Sequence record: OZ346158.1
Length of the DNA stretch: 64,000 bases
Reading direction: 5' to 3' (one strand)
From: a phage
The notes beneath the pieces were generated by a model. That model saw nothing but the letters and a program-made list of their open reading frames with translations, ran no database searches and was not told the DNA's origin. Made by a program: the position numbers and the translations under genes. Shown piece after piece: positions 48,376-57,269 of this stretch. Every line of letters begins with the position of its first letter. The first letter of the stretch is position 1.

Positions 48376-48704
48376 CAGAGATCATCGTTTCAACTGCAGG
48401 GTATGTATTCCTGACAATCATTGCGTTGGCTATTCTGGTGGCGGTGTATGGATTTGTTATCCTGCCTATTCTTGAGACATTTAGCTTGTGTCGGTGTTGG
48501 AGAAAAGCTTACGGACCACAACCGTGGAAAGACTGGTTTCATTTGGTGCGTATAGCGTTCTCTTATGCCTATGATCACTCCAGCAGTGCATGCGTAACCG
48601 GGTACCATGCCTACAACTGGAACTGGGAAGGGCTTGGGAGATGGACTGTTACAAAAACTATACCCTTACGGTTGTATAAAGGAAAGAACACACTGGGAGC
48701 CTGA
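48372..48704 (+). CDS. hypothetical membrane protein
   Basis: 110 aa, N-terminal hydrophobic helix; last gene before repeat-rich non-coding region. Confidence 0.5.
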   Translation: MTEIIVSTAGYVFLTIIALAILVAVYGFVILPILETFSLCRCWRKAYGPQPWKDWFHLVRIAFSYAYDHSSSACVTGYHAYNWNWEGLGRWTVTKTIPLRLYKGKNTLGA

Positions 48705-48739
48705 TATTTTAAGTTATCAGATTGCCAGAGATCAGGAGG

Positions 48740-49200
48740 ATTTCTAAAATGGATTTCCTCCTTTTGATATTTTACCTACCAGGATATTTTAAAATCCTTA
48801 GAAAATCAGAAAATGGATCGAAAACTAAAATGGATTTTTCAGAGCAGGCACGACGAGATGAACCACTCATCCTATCGTCTGCACCATATTCCAGACCACC
48901 ATTACAGATTTCCCGCACATGCTCACATCCTTCTACTAGAACTTCCCCCACTTACCCTTGACCTTTTATAGTAATAATCCAACCACTACCTTGAAGTTGT
49001 GGCGCAGCTTTCCAAGTACTCGATCTGTTTTTCGTTTCAAAGATTTAATTTTCTGAAAATTTTTCTCGATAAATTTCTCAGTACTCGATCTGTTTTTCGT
49101 TTTCTGAATCGGATTTTCTGGAAATCGTTCCGGCTCTCGACCTGAAATTTTTGGGGACGAAATCGATTTTTCGTTTTCAGAAATGGATTTTTAAAATTTC
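48740..49200. repeat. iteron-like direct repeats in non-coding region
   Basis: AGTACTCGATCTGTTTTTCGTTT at 49015 and 49080 (65-bp spacing), related CGATTTTTCGTTTTCAG at 49163; several AAAATGGAT copies between 48745 and 49190. Confidence 0.6.
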
Positions 49201-49310
49201 TATATGGGAATATTTTAGTGGATACTATTTTATAGGAAATTGTTACGGAGGGTAATTAGCGTGCTAATTAAATTTATTAAATGCGAGGAGTTCTCATTTA
49301 GAATTTTGAA

Positions 49311-49515
49311 TGATAATCATTCTCGTTTGCAGAATAACGGGCAGGCCCGGTGATTGTCTCCCGGCCCCTACTGCCCCGGCTTGTTATTATAGTAACACAC
49401 AGGACAAAGAAAGCAAGAAGTTTTTGCATAAATTTTTAGACGATAATGATAATCGTTCTCATTTCATGCAGCGCCCATCCCCGGTGGTTGTCTCCCCCGT
49501 CACCGGTGCCTGCCG
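49311..49515. repeat. imperfect direct repeat pair (about 55 bp) containing CCGGTG(A/G)TTGTCTCCC
   Basis: ATAATCATTCTCGTTTGCAG...CCCGGTGATTGTCTCCC at 49311 and ATAATGATAATCGTTCTCATTTCATGCAG...CCGGTGGTTGTCTCCCCC at 49444. Confidence 0.6.
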
Positions 49516-49706
49516 TCCTTTCAATAGGTATATTTTGCCACCTGGCGGGGCCGCTGTCAACACTTTTCAAAAAAAAAATTCTAACCTGATGCGCTGACCG
49601 CTGCAACCTGGCAGGGCCTAACTGACCAGGTAGGAGAGAATGAAGGCTTGCAAACCTGGTGGGCCTATGCTATAGGATAGGTAACAATTGAAGAGGAGGT
49701 ACAAAA

Positions 49707-49883
49707 ATGGAAGGTAATATGATCCCCCTGGAAAATGTAGCTATTAATGACGCTGAGGCTATCGCCCTGGTTGAAAAGGCTATGGCGGGAGCGTTGGAAC
49801 ATAAAGAAGAGTACGAAAAAATGGTGGTTAACCTGGCAGGGGCGGCGGCTGGAGAATTCTACCCAAAAAATAATTTTAACTAA
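49707..49883 (+). CDS. hypothetical small protein (58 aa)
   Basis: Below track cutoff; strong RBS AAGAGGAGG 7 nt upstream of ATG. Confidence 0.5.
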   Translation: MEGNMIPLENVAINDAEAIALVEKAMAGALEHKEEYEKMVVNLAGAAAGEFYPKNNFN

Positions 49884-49968
49884 TGGTTGACAGCTCGGAC
49901 AGTTCTTGTTATTCTTATCCTCGCAAGGTGAACAACACCACACCAATTAACAGAGAGGATAAAAAATC

Positions 49969-50166
49969 ATGAACGCCTACGGAATTAAAGTACGTCGCAA
50001 CACTCGCCAGGTGGTCACCAATCAAGTGATTTGCCGGGTGGATGTAACCATCAACAACGGGCAAGGCCTTTATAAATTTCGTCGCGGTCATAGCTATACC
50101 CTGCAACAGCTTAACCGTTGCGCCCTGACAAAAGGTCAGATCAACCACTGGTTTAATAAAAAATAA
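49969..50166 (+). CDS. hypothetical basic protein
   Basis: 65 aa, RBS GAGAGGATAAAAAATCATG. Confidence 0.55.
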   Translation: MNAYGIKVRRNTRQVVTNQVICRVDVTINNGQGLYKFRRGHSYTLQQLNRCALTKGQINHWFNKK

Positions 50167-50229
50167 TGTTGACATAGGGTCTGACACAAAATACACTGAA
50201 ATCACAAAAGACACTAAGAGGATAAAATC

Positions 50230-50628
50230 ATGAAAACCACTACCTTTAATTTTGATAATGCGGACTTTTCTTTTTCTGATGTCAAGAACTGCCGCCGTGA
50301 TCGTGGATTTTACAAGGCTTATAATCTGGTGGGCCTGGACGATGACAATAATTTGCACGAAGTAGCTGAGATCCGGTATTATGCCGCCGCCAGTGGTAAC
50401 ACTCACTACTGCGTGTTTTGGATTCACGACAACAAGAACAATAAGTACGGTTATACTGGCGGCAAGGCGAGCGGTCACGGTTACGATAAAGCTAACGCAG
50501 CACTTGAGAGCGCATTAAATGCTATGGGGATCACTGCCGACGGCTGGATCTACGAAGAAGAGTTTTTGTCGGCACTTGCTGACCACCTGGGCTATAAAAA
50601 GCACATTGTGACATGCGCCCACGAATAA
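50230..50628 (+). CDS. hypothetical protein
   Basis: 132 aa, RBS AAGAGGATAAAATCATG; promoter-like TTGACA-17-TACACT at 50169. Confidence 0.55.
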   Translation: MKTTTFNFDNADFSFSDVKNCRRDRGFYKAYNLVGLDDDNNLHEVAEIRYYAAASGNTHYCVFWIHDNKNNKYGYTGGKASGHGYDKANAALESALNAMGITADGWIYEEEFLSALADHLGYKKHIVTCAHE

Positions 50629-50711
50629 AAATCATTGACACGCTGCAAAATTTAAGTAAACTAGACACAAAAGGCGGGAATGTTTCCCGCCAGCACAAAG
50701 GAAAAAAGATC

Positions 50712-51107
50712 ATGAATAAGAACGTACGCCGCATCATGAACGAACTGGCAAACGATGAAAAAATTATTGACATGCATTTAGTCAACATTTGCCGCCGTTG
50801 TGTAACATATAACAACCGCGCCGCAAAAGCGCGTGAGATGAACGCAAAAGGCACCTTAAAGCCCTTTCAGGTGGTTGTAAAATCTATAACCAGTGCAGCA
50901 GGCCAGGCGCATGACCACAACAACGGGAGCACTAATATTGATCCGTCTTACGTAATGAAACGGATCCGGACTTGCAAGAATAAAGAGCAGGTGTATAATG
51001 TCATAGACTGGTTGGATTCTATGGGCGATGTGGTTTACAATAGGTTTTCTGCAGCTATCGAGATCCAGCTTGACAGGTTGGACGGTAAAGTACTGAAAAC
51101 TTACTAA
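50712..51107 (+). CDS. hypothetical protein
   Basis: ATG after AAAGGAAAAAAG; upstream TTGACA-16-TAAACT and leader hairpin GGCGGGAA-TGTT-TCCCGCC. Confidence 0.5.
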   Translation: MNKNVRRIMNELANDEKIIDMHLVNICRRCVTYNNRAAKAREMNAKGTLKPFQVVVKSITSAAGQAHDHNNGSTNIDPSYVMKRIRTCKNKEQVYNVIDWLDSMGDVVYNRFSAAIEIQLDRLDGKVLKTY

Positions 51108-51155
51108 GATTATTTTTAGATGGCCTTGACTTCAGGGCCATCAATAAAGTAAACT
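51105..51155 (+). repeat. 51-bp intergenic element, copy 1 (hairpin ATGGCC-TTGACTTCAG-GGCCAT)
   Basis: TAAGATTATTTTTAGATGGCCTTGACTTCAGGGCCATCAATAAAGTAAACT starting at the stop codon; identical copy at 51736, diverged copy at 55475. Confidence 0.8.
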
Positions 51156-51187
51156 AATCCCAGTTAAGCGAAAAAGGAGGCTTGAAG

Positions 51188-51307
51188 ATGAGCACTACAC
51201 GCCAACACACAAAGGTAACGATTATCGTTTGCATCATTGGTTACATCCTGGCGCAAATGTTGATGGGTAGCGCCAATGATTTCGCAAAATTTTTCTTAGA
51301 CTTTTAA
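51188..51307 (+). CDS. small membrane peptide (39 aa)
   Basis: AAAAAGGAGG RBS; hydrophobic core VTIIVCIIGYILAQMLM. Confidence 0.4.
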   Translation: MSTTRQHTKVTIIVCIIGYILAQMLMGSANDFAKFFLDF

Positions 51308-51335
51308 TTGACAAGCTAACTTAAATCAGTATAAT
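51308..51335 (+). promoter_or_regulatory. sigma70-like promoter TTGACA-16-TATAAT
   Basis: Consensus -35 and -10 hexamers, then leader hairpin and RBS for gene 51388. Confidence 0.6.
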
Positions 51336-51387
51336 ACTAAGCACATAAACGGGAAAACTTCCCAGAACACCAAAAGGAGAAAACATT

Positions 51388-51738
51388 ATGAATACTTCCA
51401 TCACTATGACCGCCGAAGAAAAAGCCCTGCAGATCGCCGCTCTGAAAAAACAGATTGCAGAACTTGAAGACAAGATCGACAATTTTGAAATCGACGAAGA
51501 CAAGTACGACGATAAATATGATGAATGGTTAGACGAGATCTACGGCGAAATTATGATCGGAAACATTTCTTTTCTTCCGTCGCGTATCCTCAAGGAGCTA
51601 GATCCTATCGCTTACCGCTGCGGATTTAGCGACTACATCGACAGCCTGGATATTGAGGACGATGAAGAATACCAGGAATTACAGACAGAGTTAGAAGAAG
51701 CAAAAGAAGAGCTTGCAGAACTGGAAGAAAACGAGTAA
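51388..51738 (+). CDS. highly acidic coiled-coil protein (candidate DNA mimic)
   Basis: 116 aa dominated by D/E (e.g. DIEDDEEYQELQTELEEAKEELAELEENE); AAAAGGAGAAAA RBS; own promoter. Confidence 0.6.
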   Translation: MNTSITMTAEEKALQIAALKKQIAELEDKIDNFEIDEDKYDDKYDEWLDEIYGEIMIGNISFLPSRILKELDPIAYRCGFSDYIDSLDIEDDEEYQELQTELEEAKEELAELEENE

Positions 51739-51786
51739 GATTATTTTTAGATGGCCTTGACTTCAGGGCCATCAATAAAGTAAACT
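51736..51786 (+). repeat. 51-bp intergenic element, copy 2
   Basis: Identical to 51105..51155; begins at stop codon of 51388..51738. Confidence 0.8.
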
Positions 51787-51827
51787 TTATACTGTTAACA
51801 CTGAACTAATGCATAGGAGTTAAAACC

Positions 51828-52073
51828 ATGGCAGCACTAATCACCAAATATTATGCCCCTACCAACACCAAAAGCGCCCGTATCATGGTAAAAGGCTTCG
51901 GACGTAAAAAGGTGTACACCTGGGATTATGCCTTAGACACGGAAGACAACTACACCAACGCGATGACCGATTTTATTAATGATCTGAACACGCGGATCTT
52001 GACAAATTATAAAATTACCGATATTGCCTATATAGGGGAAGGCGGGATCTGTTTTGTCGGTATCGTCAAATAA
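51828..52073 (+). CDS. hypothetical protein
   Basis: 81 aa, RBS GGAGTTAAAACCATG. Confidence 0.5.
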   Translation: MAALITKYYAPTNTKSARIMVKGFGRKKVYTWDYALDTEDNYTNAMTDFINDLNTRILTNYKITDIAYIGEGGICFVGIVK

Positions 52074-52148
52074 GCTGTTTTTTCGGTGGTCCTGGTAGCA
52101 GGGCCATCTATAAAGATAGTTTATCAATACAATGAAAGGAGAAAGTAC

Positions 52149-52502
52149 ATGATCAGCGGGGCAAGTTTTATTATTGGCGCTATTGCTACGGCTTTAATTG
52201 TAAACAAGATCCAATCTAAAAACGAAAAAGATAGCAACGCCCTTACAGAATACCCGTTTTGGGTATTCAACGACAATGAAGACTATATTATCAAGTACAA
52301 GAATGAGAAGGGCGACCAGGTAACACCTCGACCGATCCCGGCTTACAAGATGCAAGAAACACTATACCGCCTAAAGGCTGGAGGCGCAAAAATCGTAGAC
52401 TTTTGGGGATACGATCACACAGATCAGGAAGTTATAAAGCGCCGTATCCGGGCTATTCAGGCCAATATTGAAGTTAGCAAGGGGGGAATATATGAAGATT
52501 AA
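52149..52502 (+). CDS. membrane-anchored hypothetical protein
   Basis: ATG after AAAGGAGAAAG; N-terminal hydrophobic helix. Confidence 0.5.
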   Translation: MISGASFIIGAIATALIVNKIQSKNEKDSNALTEYPFWVFNDNEDYIIKYKNEKGDQVTPRPIPAYKMQETLYRLKAGGAKIVDFWGYDHTDQEVIKRRIRAIQANIEVSKGGIYED

Positions 52503-52689
52503 TTTTGAGAAGATTGTAAAGCGATCTCATGCTTCCGAAGAGCTGCCGGAACGCCGCCAGCGCAACAATAAACTGAATAAGCCAAAAAGATTTGGGAAGA
52601 TCTGGCGGAATCATTATGATCGCAAATTACCGGGCCTGCTTTTGGAACGTGAACGACAGGCGGAACGATACCGCCACAAAGGCAAATAA
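52492..52689 (+). CDS. small basic protein
   Basis: ATG after GGGGGGAA; Arg/Lys-rich 65 aa. Confidence 0.4.
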   Translation: MKINFEKIVKRSHASEELPERRQRNNKLNKPKRFGKIWRNHYDRKLPGLLLERERQAERYRHKGK

Positions 52690-52697
52690 CAACCAAC

Positions 52698-52727
52698 GCC
52701 CCGCCATTGTGCGGGGCTTTTTATTTC
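52698..52727 (+). terminator. rho-independent terminator
   Basis: GCCCCGC-CATTGT-GCGGGGC followed by TTTTTATTT. Confidence 0.75.
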
Positions 52728-52871
52728 TATCCTACAAATAGCGCCCCTGGTTGGCCCTGTAAGCGCCAAAAAGGCCCCACCTATGCAATCGCCCCCCCTT
52801 TAACCTGAAAACATCGCTTAGGGCCGTTTTATGGCGTTAAAAATATCATTGACAGTGATTTTATTTAAAGC

Positions 52872-52899
52872 TTGACATCTTAAACAGGTTAGCTATACT
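52872..52899 (+). promoter_or_regulatory. sigma70-like promoter TTGACA-16-TATACT
   Basis: cTTGACAtcttaaacaggttagcTATACT upstream of gene 52932. Confidence 0.55.
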
Positions 52900-52931
52900 A
52901 ACCACATCAAAGAGAGAAAGGAGTAAACGCC

Positions 52932-53192
52932 ATGCGTAAATTAAAAAATTTTGATAAAGTTGATGTTGTCCTGAATAATTTTTACTACTGCAACAACAAG
53001 GCCATTTGGTGGCGTGATAGTTCCACCGATAAAGTCAAGGCGCGCTTTCTCCAGGGGCACTGGCAAGGCCGCCCAGTGATTAAAATCATGGGGCAATTGG
53101 TAGCGTTTAAAAATTGCCGCCGTGTTGATGACGTTGAAGAGATCTTGAATATTTTACGCCACAATAATTTAAAAAATAGTGTTGACAAGTAA
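52932..53192 (+). CDS. hypothetical protein
   Basis: 86 aa, AAAGGAG RBS. Confidence 0.5.
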   Translation: MRKLKNFDKVDVVLNNFYYCNNKAIWWRDSSTDKVKARFLQGHWQGRPVIKIMGQLVAFKNCRRVDDVEEILNILRHNNLKNSVDK

Positions 53193-53209
53193 ATCTCAAT
53201 AAGTATACT
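53182..53209 (+). promoter_or_regulatory. sigma70-like promoter TTGACA-16-TATACT
   Basis: gTTGACAagtaaatctcaataagTATACT, followed by leader hairpin GCGGGAA-GTTT-TCCCGC and RBS. Confidence 0.55.
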
Positions 53210-53266
53210 TAAGCACACAGGCGGGAAGTTTTCCCGCCACTAACAAAGAAAATAGGAGAAAATATC

Positions 53267-53890
53267 ATGACCACCGTTAACATTACCACAGGTTGCAATT
53301 TATCTTTCGACGTGCTGACCGACGAACAAAAAGAAAAAGCTATTGAAATGGTCCGCGAAAGAGAAGAACACAGCGGAGAGGATTTTTTCGCAGAAAGTGT
53401 AATTGAATATTATAAAGAACAAGTTTTTCCAGAGTACGGCCTTGAAGATACCGATGTACATTGGTCCGGCTTTTGGTGTCAAGGCGATGGCGCGTCAATT
53501 AATGCTGAAAATGTAGACTTAGAGAAATTCTTGCGTAAAGTCAAGGCCCTGACCAAGTTCCGATCAATTCGTCACTTGTTCGGCACAATGCACGATGGCG
53601 AACTATCAGCCAGTGTTGAACGCGACAAGTACAGCCATTACAGCCATGAAAACACTGTAAGCGGATATATTGATACTACCTGGCTAGATCTGACCGCAAA
53701 ACAAGAAAATAAAGTAGAAGATCTGGAAGAGCTGATCACCGAGACGGTACGGGAGCTATCCCGCAAGGTTTATGTAGACCTGGAGGAGGCCTATCTTGAA
53801 CAGTTTACTACCGAAAACCTGATCGGCCTTATTGAAGCCAATGATTGGCGGTTTGATGTGGATGAATATGGAGAAATGAGTTTTTCATAA
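53267..53890 (+). CDS. hypothetical acidic protein (207 aa)
   Basis: AATAGGAGAAAA RBS; acidic composition; own promoter. Confidence 0.55.
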   Translation: MTTVNITTGCNLSFDVLTDEQKEKAIEMVREREEHSGEDFFAESVIEYYKEQVFPEYGLEDTDVHWSGFWCQGDGASINAENVDLEKFLRKVKALTKFRSIRHLFGTMHDGELSASVERDKYSHYSHENTVSGYIDTTWLDLTAKQENKVEDLEELITETVRELSRKVYVDLEEAYLEQFTTENLIGLIEANDWRFDVDEYGEMSFS

Positions 53891-53898
53891 ATAAAGTG

Positions 53899-53926
53899 TT
53901 GCAATAATCTAAAAACCTGCTATATT
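53899..53926 (+). promoter_or_regulatory. sigma70-like promoter TTGCAA-16-TATATT
   Basis: gTTGCAAtaatctaaaaacctgcTATATT upstream of gene 53982. Confidence 0.5.
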
Positions 53927-53981
53927 AAAACTTAAGGGGGAGAGATGACTTGCCCCCACACAAAACAAAGAGGAAAACATC

Positions 53982-54362
53982 ATGAAAAACACTACTAAAG
54001 CTATTGACACCGTTATGTTTAACCTGGTTACATTCCGTGAAGATATGAAAGATCTTCCACGTGAAACAGTGTGCGACCATATCGAAAACTATCGCAAACT
54101 AATCAAAGAGTTGCCTTTAAAACGTGACCAGTACGCGGCTAACGCTATGCTTAACGCCATGATCAAGAAAATGATTCAGTGCGATTTGACTTTAGCTTAT
54201 GATTATGCAGGTGGTCGTTTTGCAGTATACAATCAGCCCGTGCCTGGTATGAGCACCACAGAAGAATTGCACGCGTTAAATCTAAAACAAGACGTATGGG
54301 ATAACATGCCCCGCGTGGTGGTGTGGGCAGAAAGCGGAAAGATTTACGGCGATAATTTTTAA
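53982..54362 (+). CDS. hypothetical protein
   Basis: 126 aa, AAAGAGGAAAACATCATG RBS. Confidence 0.55.
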   Translation: MKNTTKAIDTVMFNLVTFREDMKDLPRETVCDHIENYRKLIKELPLKRDQYAANAMLNAMIKKMIQCDLTLAYDYAGGRFAVYNQPVPGMSTTEELHALNLKQDVWDNMPRVVVWAESGKIYGDNF

Positions 54363-54372
54363 TCAGGTAACA

Positions 54373-54398
54373 GGCGGCATATTTGCCGCCTTATTGTT
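54373..54398 (+). terminator. rho-independent terminator
   Basis: GGCGGC-ATATTT-GCCGCC followed by TTATTGTT. Confidence 0.6.
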
Positions 54399-54426
54399 AA
54401 ACAGAACTGCAAAAGAGGTACATAGA

Positions 54427-54798
54427 ATGGAATTTATTATTTTGGCTGTAGTAGTTGCCTTGTTCAACGCCTGGATCGCTGGCAAGATAGGTAGATCCGC
54501 TTTTCTATGGTTTGTTATATCTATTTTCCTGGGAGTGGTTGCAACTATTGTATTGGTTATCCTTGCAATTGTTGACAAGGGGAATAATAGAAAGGGTAAA
54601 GTATTTTCAGACCTGTACGACGCTCAAACGTTTGTCAACGCCTATTATAGTGATCTTCCAGTCTCCCTACGTTGCAGCCTTGCACAACAGGTTTTCGATG
54701 AAGCTAAAACCAGAGATCACGCCCATGAGATTTGTTTAACTGAGGCGGATCGCCTATTTGAGAGGAATAGAAAATATGTGGACCAGCCGTTTAAATAA
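54427..54798 (+). CDS. inner-membrane protein (two predicted TM helices)
   Basis: ATG after AAAAGAGG; N-terminal hydrophobic segments IILAVVVALFNAWIAG and FLWFVISIFLGVVATIVLVILAIV. Confidence 0.55.
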   Translation: MEFIILAVVVALFNAWIAGKIGRSAFLWFVISIFLGVVATIVLVILAIVDKGNNRKGKVFSDLYDAQTFVNAYYSDLPVSLRCSLAQQVFDEAKTRDHAHEICLTEADRLFERNRKYVDQPFK

Positions 54799-54908
54799 TG
54801 CCACGTTAATTAACCCCTTTAGTGAAGATTTGAAGCCAGCCGCCTGGCGGGATGGATTCAATAACGAAAGCTTTATTTTCAGGCCTGATCTTAAGGAATT
54901 TTATAACA

Positions 54909-55136
54909 ATGGATCGAACAACGACAGAGATAATTTTTCTTGTAATGTGCGTGGTGATAATACTCCTGGGGGCCATTGCAAACCACGTCACTGCTAACAG
55001 GAGGAAAGGGGAGACGATGACACCCAAGGATAAGCCCCGTACCGATAAGGCGCGCCGTGTTATGGTATGGCTTGAGATCATCGCCCTTGAAATATTGTTA
55101 GGCGTAGGGATGTATTTTATCGCTGTAAGTAATTGA
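54909..55136 (+). CDS. possible small membrane protein (start and frame uncertain)
   Basis: ATG after AAGGA; two hydrophobic helices; competes with overlapping ORF 54776..54997. Confidence 0.3.
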   Translation: MDRTTTEIIFLVMCVVIILLGAIANHVTANRRKGETMTPKDKPRTDKARRVMVWLEIIALEILLGVGMYFIAVSN

Positions 55137-55276
55137 TAACGGCCCCGATCCCTGGGGCCTAACTTTTCAAATTTTTTTCTCCCTGAGTGTTGCAATCCGA
55201 TCCAGAATATGGATAATAACAATCAACGGGGAGACACTCCCCACCGCATAGACAAAGTTCCAAAAGGAGAAACAAA

Positions 55277-55477
55277 ATGAGCAACAATATCCGCGTTATT
55301 AACTTCAAAAAAGAAGAAAAAATTGCCGTGCTGATTGACGGTCAAGAAATCTTTAAAGGTGATTATGAAGATCATCAAACGGCGATTAGTATCACTCGCG
55401 TGATTGGTTACCATAATTTTTACCCTCAAGGCGCTGAGGCAGCAGTAAAACGAATTAAAGAGATTGTAGGCCTGTAA
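55277..55477 (+). CDS. hypothetical protein
   Basis: 66 aa, AAAAGGAGAAACAAAATG RBS. Confidence 0.5.
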   Translation: MSNNIRVINFKKEEKIAVLIDGQEIFKGDYEDHQTAISITRVIGYHNFYPQGAEAAVKRIKEIVGL

Positions 55478-55525
55478 AATTTATTTTTAGATGGCCTTGA
55501 CTCCAGGGCCATCAATAAAGTAAAT
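55475..55525 (+). repeat. 51-bp intergenic element, copy 3 (diverged)
   Basis: TAAAATTTATTTTTAGATGGCCTTGACTCCAGGGCCATCAATAAAGTAAATT. Confidence 0.75.
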
Positions 55526-55568
55526 TTAAACCCTGTTAAAATAATCAGTGCAAAAAGGAGTAATGATC

Positions 55569-55868
55569 ATGTTTATCCAGGCTAATAATCTTTATTTCTT
55601 TGATGGTCAGATCGTAGACGGCGTGGAGGTGGAAATCACCGGGTGCCCTGGCGGTCAGGTTATGACTTTTCGGAATAATGCCTTTGATGATTCTCATATC
55701 GTTATGAGAATGGAAGTTAGTAAGCTGGATGACAAGAAAACACTCATTGATTATTCCGTGAAAGATCATCCAGACTACCACATGATCTATGGTGATTTGT
55801 GCATTGTTGACCGTGACAAGGTGGGCGGCATTGTGATCGCTATTGTGAACGATGTTTTCTCAAACTAA
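55569..55868 (+). CDS. hypothetical protein
   Basis: ATG 8 nt after AAAAAGGAG. Confidence 0.5.
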   Translation: MFIQANNLYFFDGQIVDGVEVEITGCPGGQVMTFRNNAFDDSHIVMRMEVSKLDDKKTLIDYSVKDHPDYHMIYGDLCIVDRDKVGGIVIAIVNDVFSN

Positions 55869-55885
55869 TTTCAGCAGGTGATTTT

Positions 55886-56236
55886 ATGAAAGTAAAACTA
55901 TATTACCTTAATGAGCTTAACCCCCTTGCCCAGGTCCGCGCCATGGCTAATACCTTGATTTGTGAGAAATCTGTATATTGTGTTGAGCTTAACTCCATGC
56001 GTGAACGTCTCAAAGGTGGTTACTTTGACATCCATGCTGCAATCAACGGCCTGAATATGGAATTTATCCGCTTACGTAACAGCCGCCAGAATCTGGGAAG
56101 AATGGAACAAGATCCGGCCCACCTTCGTAAGCTGGTTATTGAAAATCATCTAATGTTTAATGCCGATGGTGATTATTACCATTTTCACCGTAAACGCTGG
56201 TACCGTAGCGGCAATATAGGAAAGAATGCAAAATAA
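55886..56236 (+). CDS. hypothetical protein
   Basis: 116-aa ORF, weak RBS. Confidence 0.45.
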   Translation: MKVKLYYLNELNPLAQVRAMANTLICEKSVYCVELNSMRERLKGGYFDIHAAINGLNMEFIRLRNSRQNLGRMEQDPAHLRKLVIENHLMFNADGDYYHFHRKRWYRSGNIGKNAK

Positions 56237-56270
56237 GGCCCCTGGCAGGGCCTGCAGCGATATAATCACA

Positions 56271-56305
56271 TAAAGGCTATGCGGTTGCATAGCCTTTATT
56301 ATTTT
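56271..56305 (+). terminator. rho-independent terminator
   Basis: AAAGGCTATGC-GGTT-GCATAGCCTTT followed by ATTATTTT. Confidence 0.7.
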
Positions 56306-56444
56306 GGCGTTACAGCGGCCCCCAAGGCGCTTAAAAAAATTTTTAAAGAAGTACTTGCATCAAGTCCTACAATATGGATAATAAAGGGTGTCGGGGGGGC
56401 GGTGAGGCCTCCAATCATTAACCGGATAGATAGGAGTTAAAACC

Positions 56445-56729
56445 ATGGCTATTGTTACCGTTGGCGATGTAGTAGAAATGGAAGCCAAATACTTAAAAGC
56501 TGGTATGCATATCATACGGAATGATCAAGAATTGTTATTAACCATGGTTGAATATAATCCCGGTCAGGATTATCCAAGCATTGACTACTTTTTCCAGTAT
56601 GTTGATGAAGAATTAAAAGAGGATGAGGCTTATCAGGGTGAATTTTGTAATTTCTTTTGCCCTGATGAGGTTGTAAAAGTTATCTATCAACCTGGCGTAC
56701 CTTTCCCGCTGCACGCTATCAACAAATAA
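56445..56729 (+). CDS. hypothetical protein
   Basis: 94 aa, TAGGAGTTAAAACCATG RBS. Confidence 0.5.
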   Translation: MAIVTVGDVVEMEAKYLKAGMHIIRNDQELLLTMVEYNPGQDYPSIDYFFQYVDEELKEDEAYQGEFCNFFCPDEVVKVIYQPGVPFPLHAINK

Positions 56730-56784
56730 ACCTGGCGGGGCCGAAAAGGCCCCCAATTATGAAAATAAAGAGAGGCAAATCATC

Positions 56785-57018
56785 ATGATGGAACAAATTA
56801 AACGCGCCGAGGCTATTAATGGCAACGTGATCTATTTTGTCAGCAAAAACGAAAAAGGCGTACCCTATGCGGCGGTAATAGTACAGCCTGACGGCGATTA
56901 TTGGTGTACTGTGTACGGCGCTTATTCTTTTGGGCGTCCAGTGCATGATAAAATTTTGAAAGTAGCGAACCCTACCGGGAAAAATATCACAGCAGAAAAA
57001 TTTTTTGAAAATAGTTGA
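56785..57018 (+). CDS. hypothetical protein
   Basis: 77 aa, AGAGAGG RBS. Confidence 0.5.
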   Translation: MMEQIKRAEAINGNVIYFVSKNEKGVPYAAVIVQPDGDYWCTVYGAYSFGRPVHDKILKVANPTGKNITAEKFFENS

Positions 57019-57089
57019 CATGACCATATAAGACTGTAGTATATAAATCAAAGGGGCAAGCCCCACCAACCACAAAGAGGATAAAAATC

Positions 57090-57269
57090 ATGGCTATTAT
57101 TGCAAAGACTGAGATCGTAGGCTTGGATTCTATTCTCCTCGCATATGAGGAAGCTATAGAAATGTATGTGGTTTCCTATGGTGAGTATATCCGTGAATAT
57201 AAATCTATTGATCTGGCTTTTGAATGTTATATTCGCCAGGTTAATAAAGCGTACGATGATTATCGTTAA
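57090..57269 (+). CDS. hypothetical small protein (59 aa)
   Basis: Below track cutoff; AAAGAGGATAAAAATCATG RBS; TTGACA promoter at 57015. Confidence 0.45.
   Translation: MAIIAKTEIVGLDSILLAYEEAIEMYVVSYGEYIREYKSIDLAFECYIRQVNKAYDDYR

Noticed and set aside
48722-48961. 79-aa ORF in the repeat-rich region
   Set aside because: Translation is low-complexity (Ser/Pro/Thr-rich), no RBS, and it overlaps AAAATGGAT repeats; more likely non-coding
48990-49200. Possible CRISPR array
   Set aside because: Repeats are few, imperfect and irregularly spaced, with no unique spacers of constant length and no cas genes; better described as iterons
49310-49597. 95-aa ORF spanning the CCGGTGATTGTCTCCC direct repeats
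   Set aside because: Reading frame is created by the GC-rich repeats; no RBS; Pro/Gly/Arg-rich composition
54758-54997. 79-aa ORF (alternative frame to 54909..55136)
   Set aside because: Two overlapping frames compete here; neither has strong signals. Kept the TM-helix-containing frame at low confidence and dropped this one
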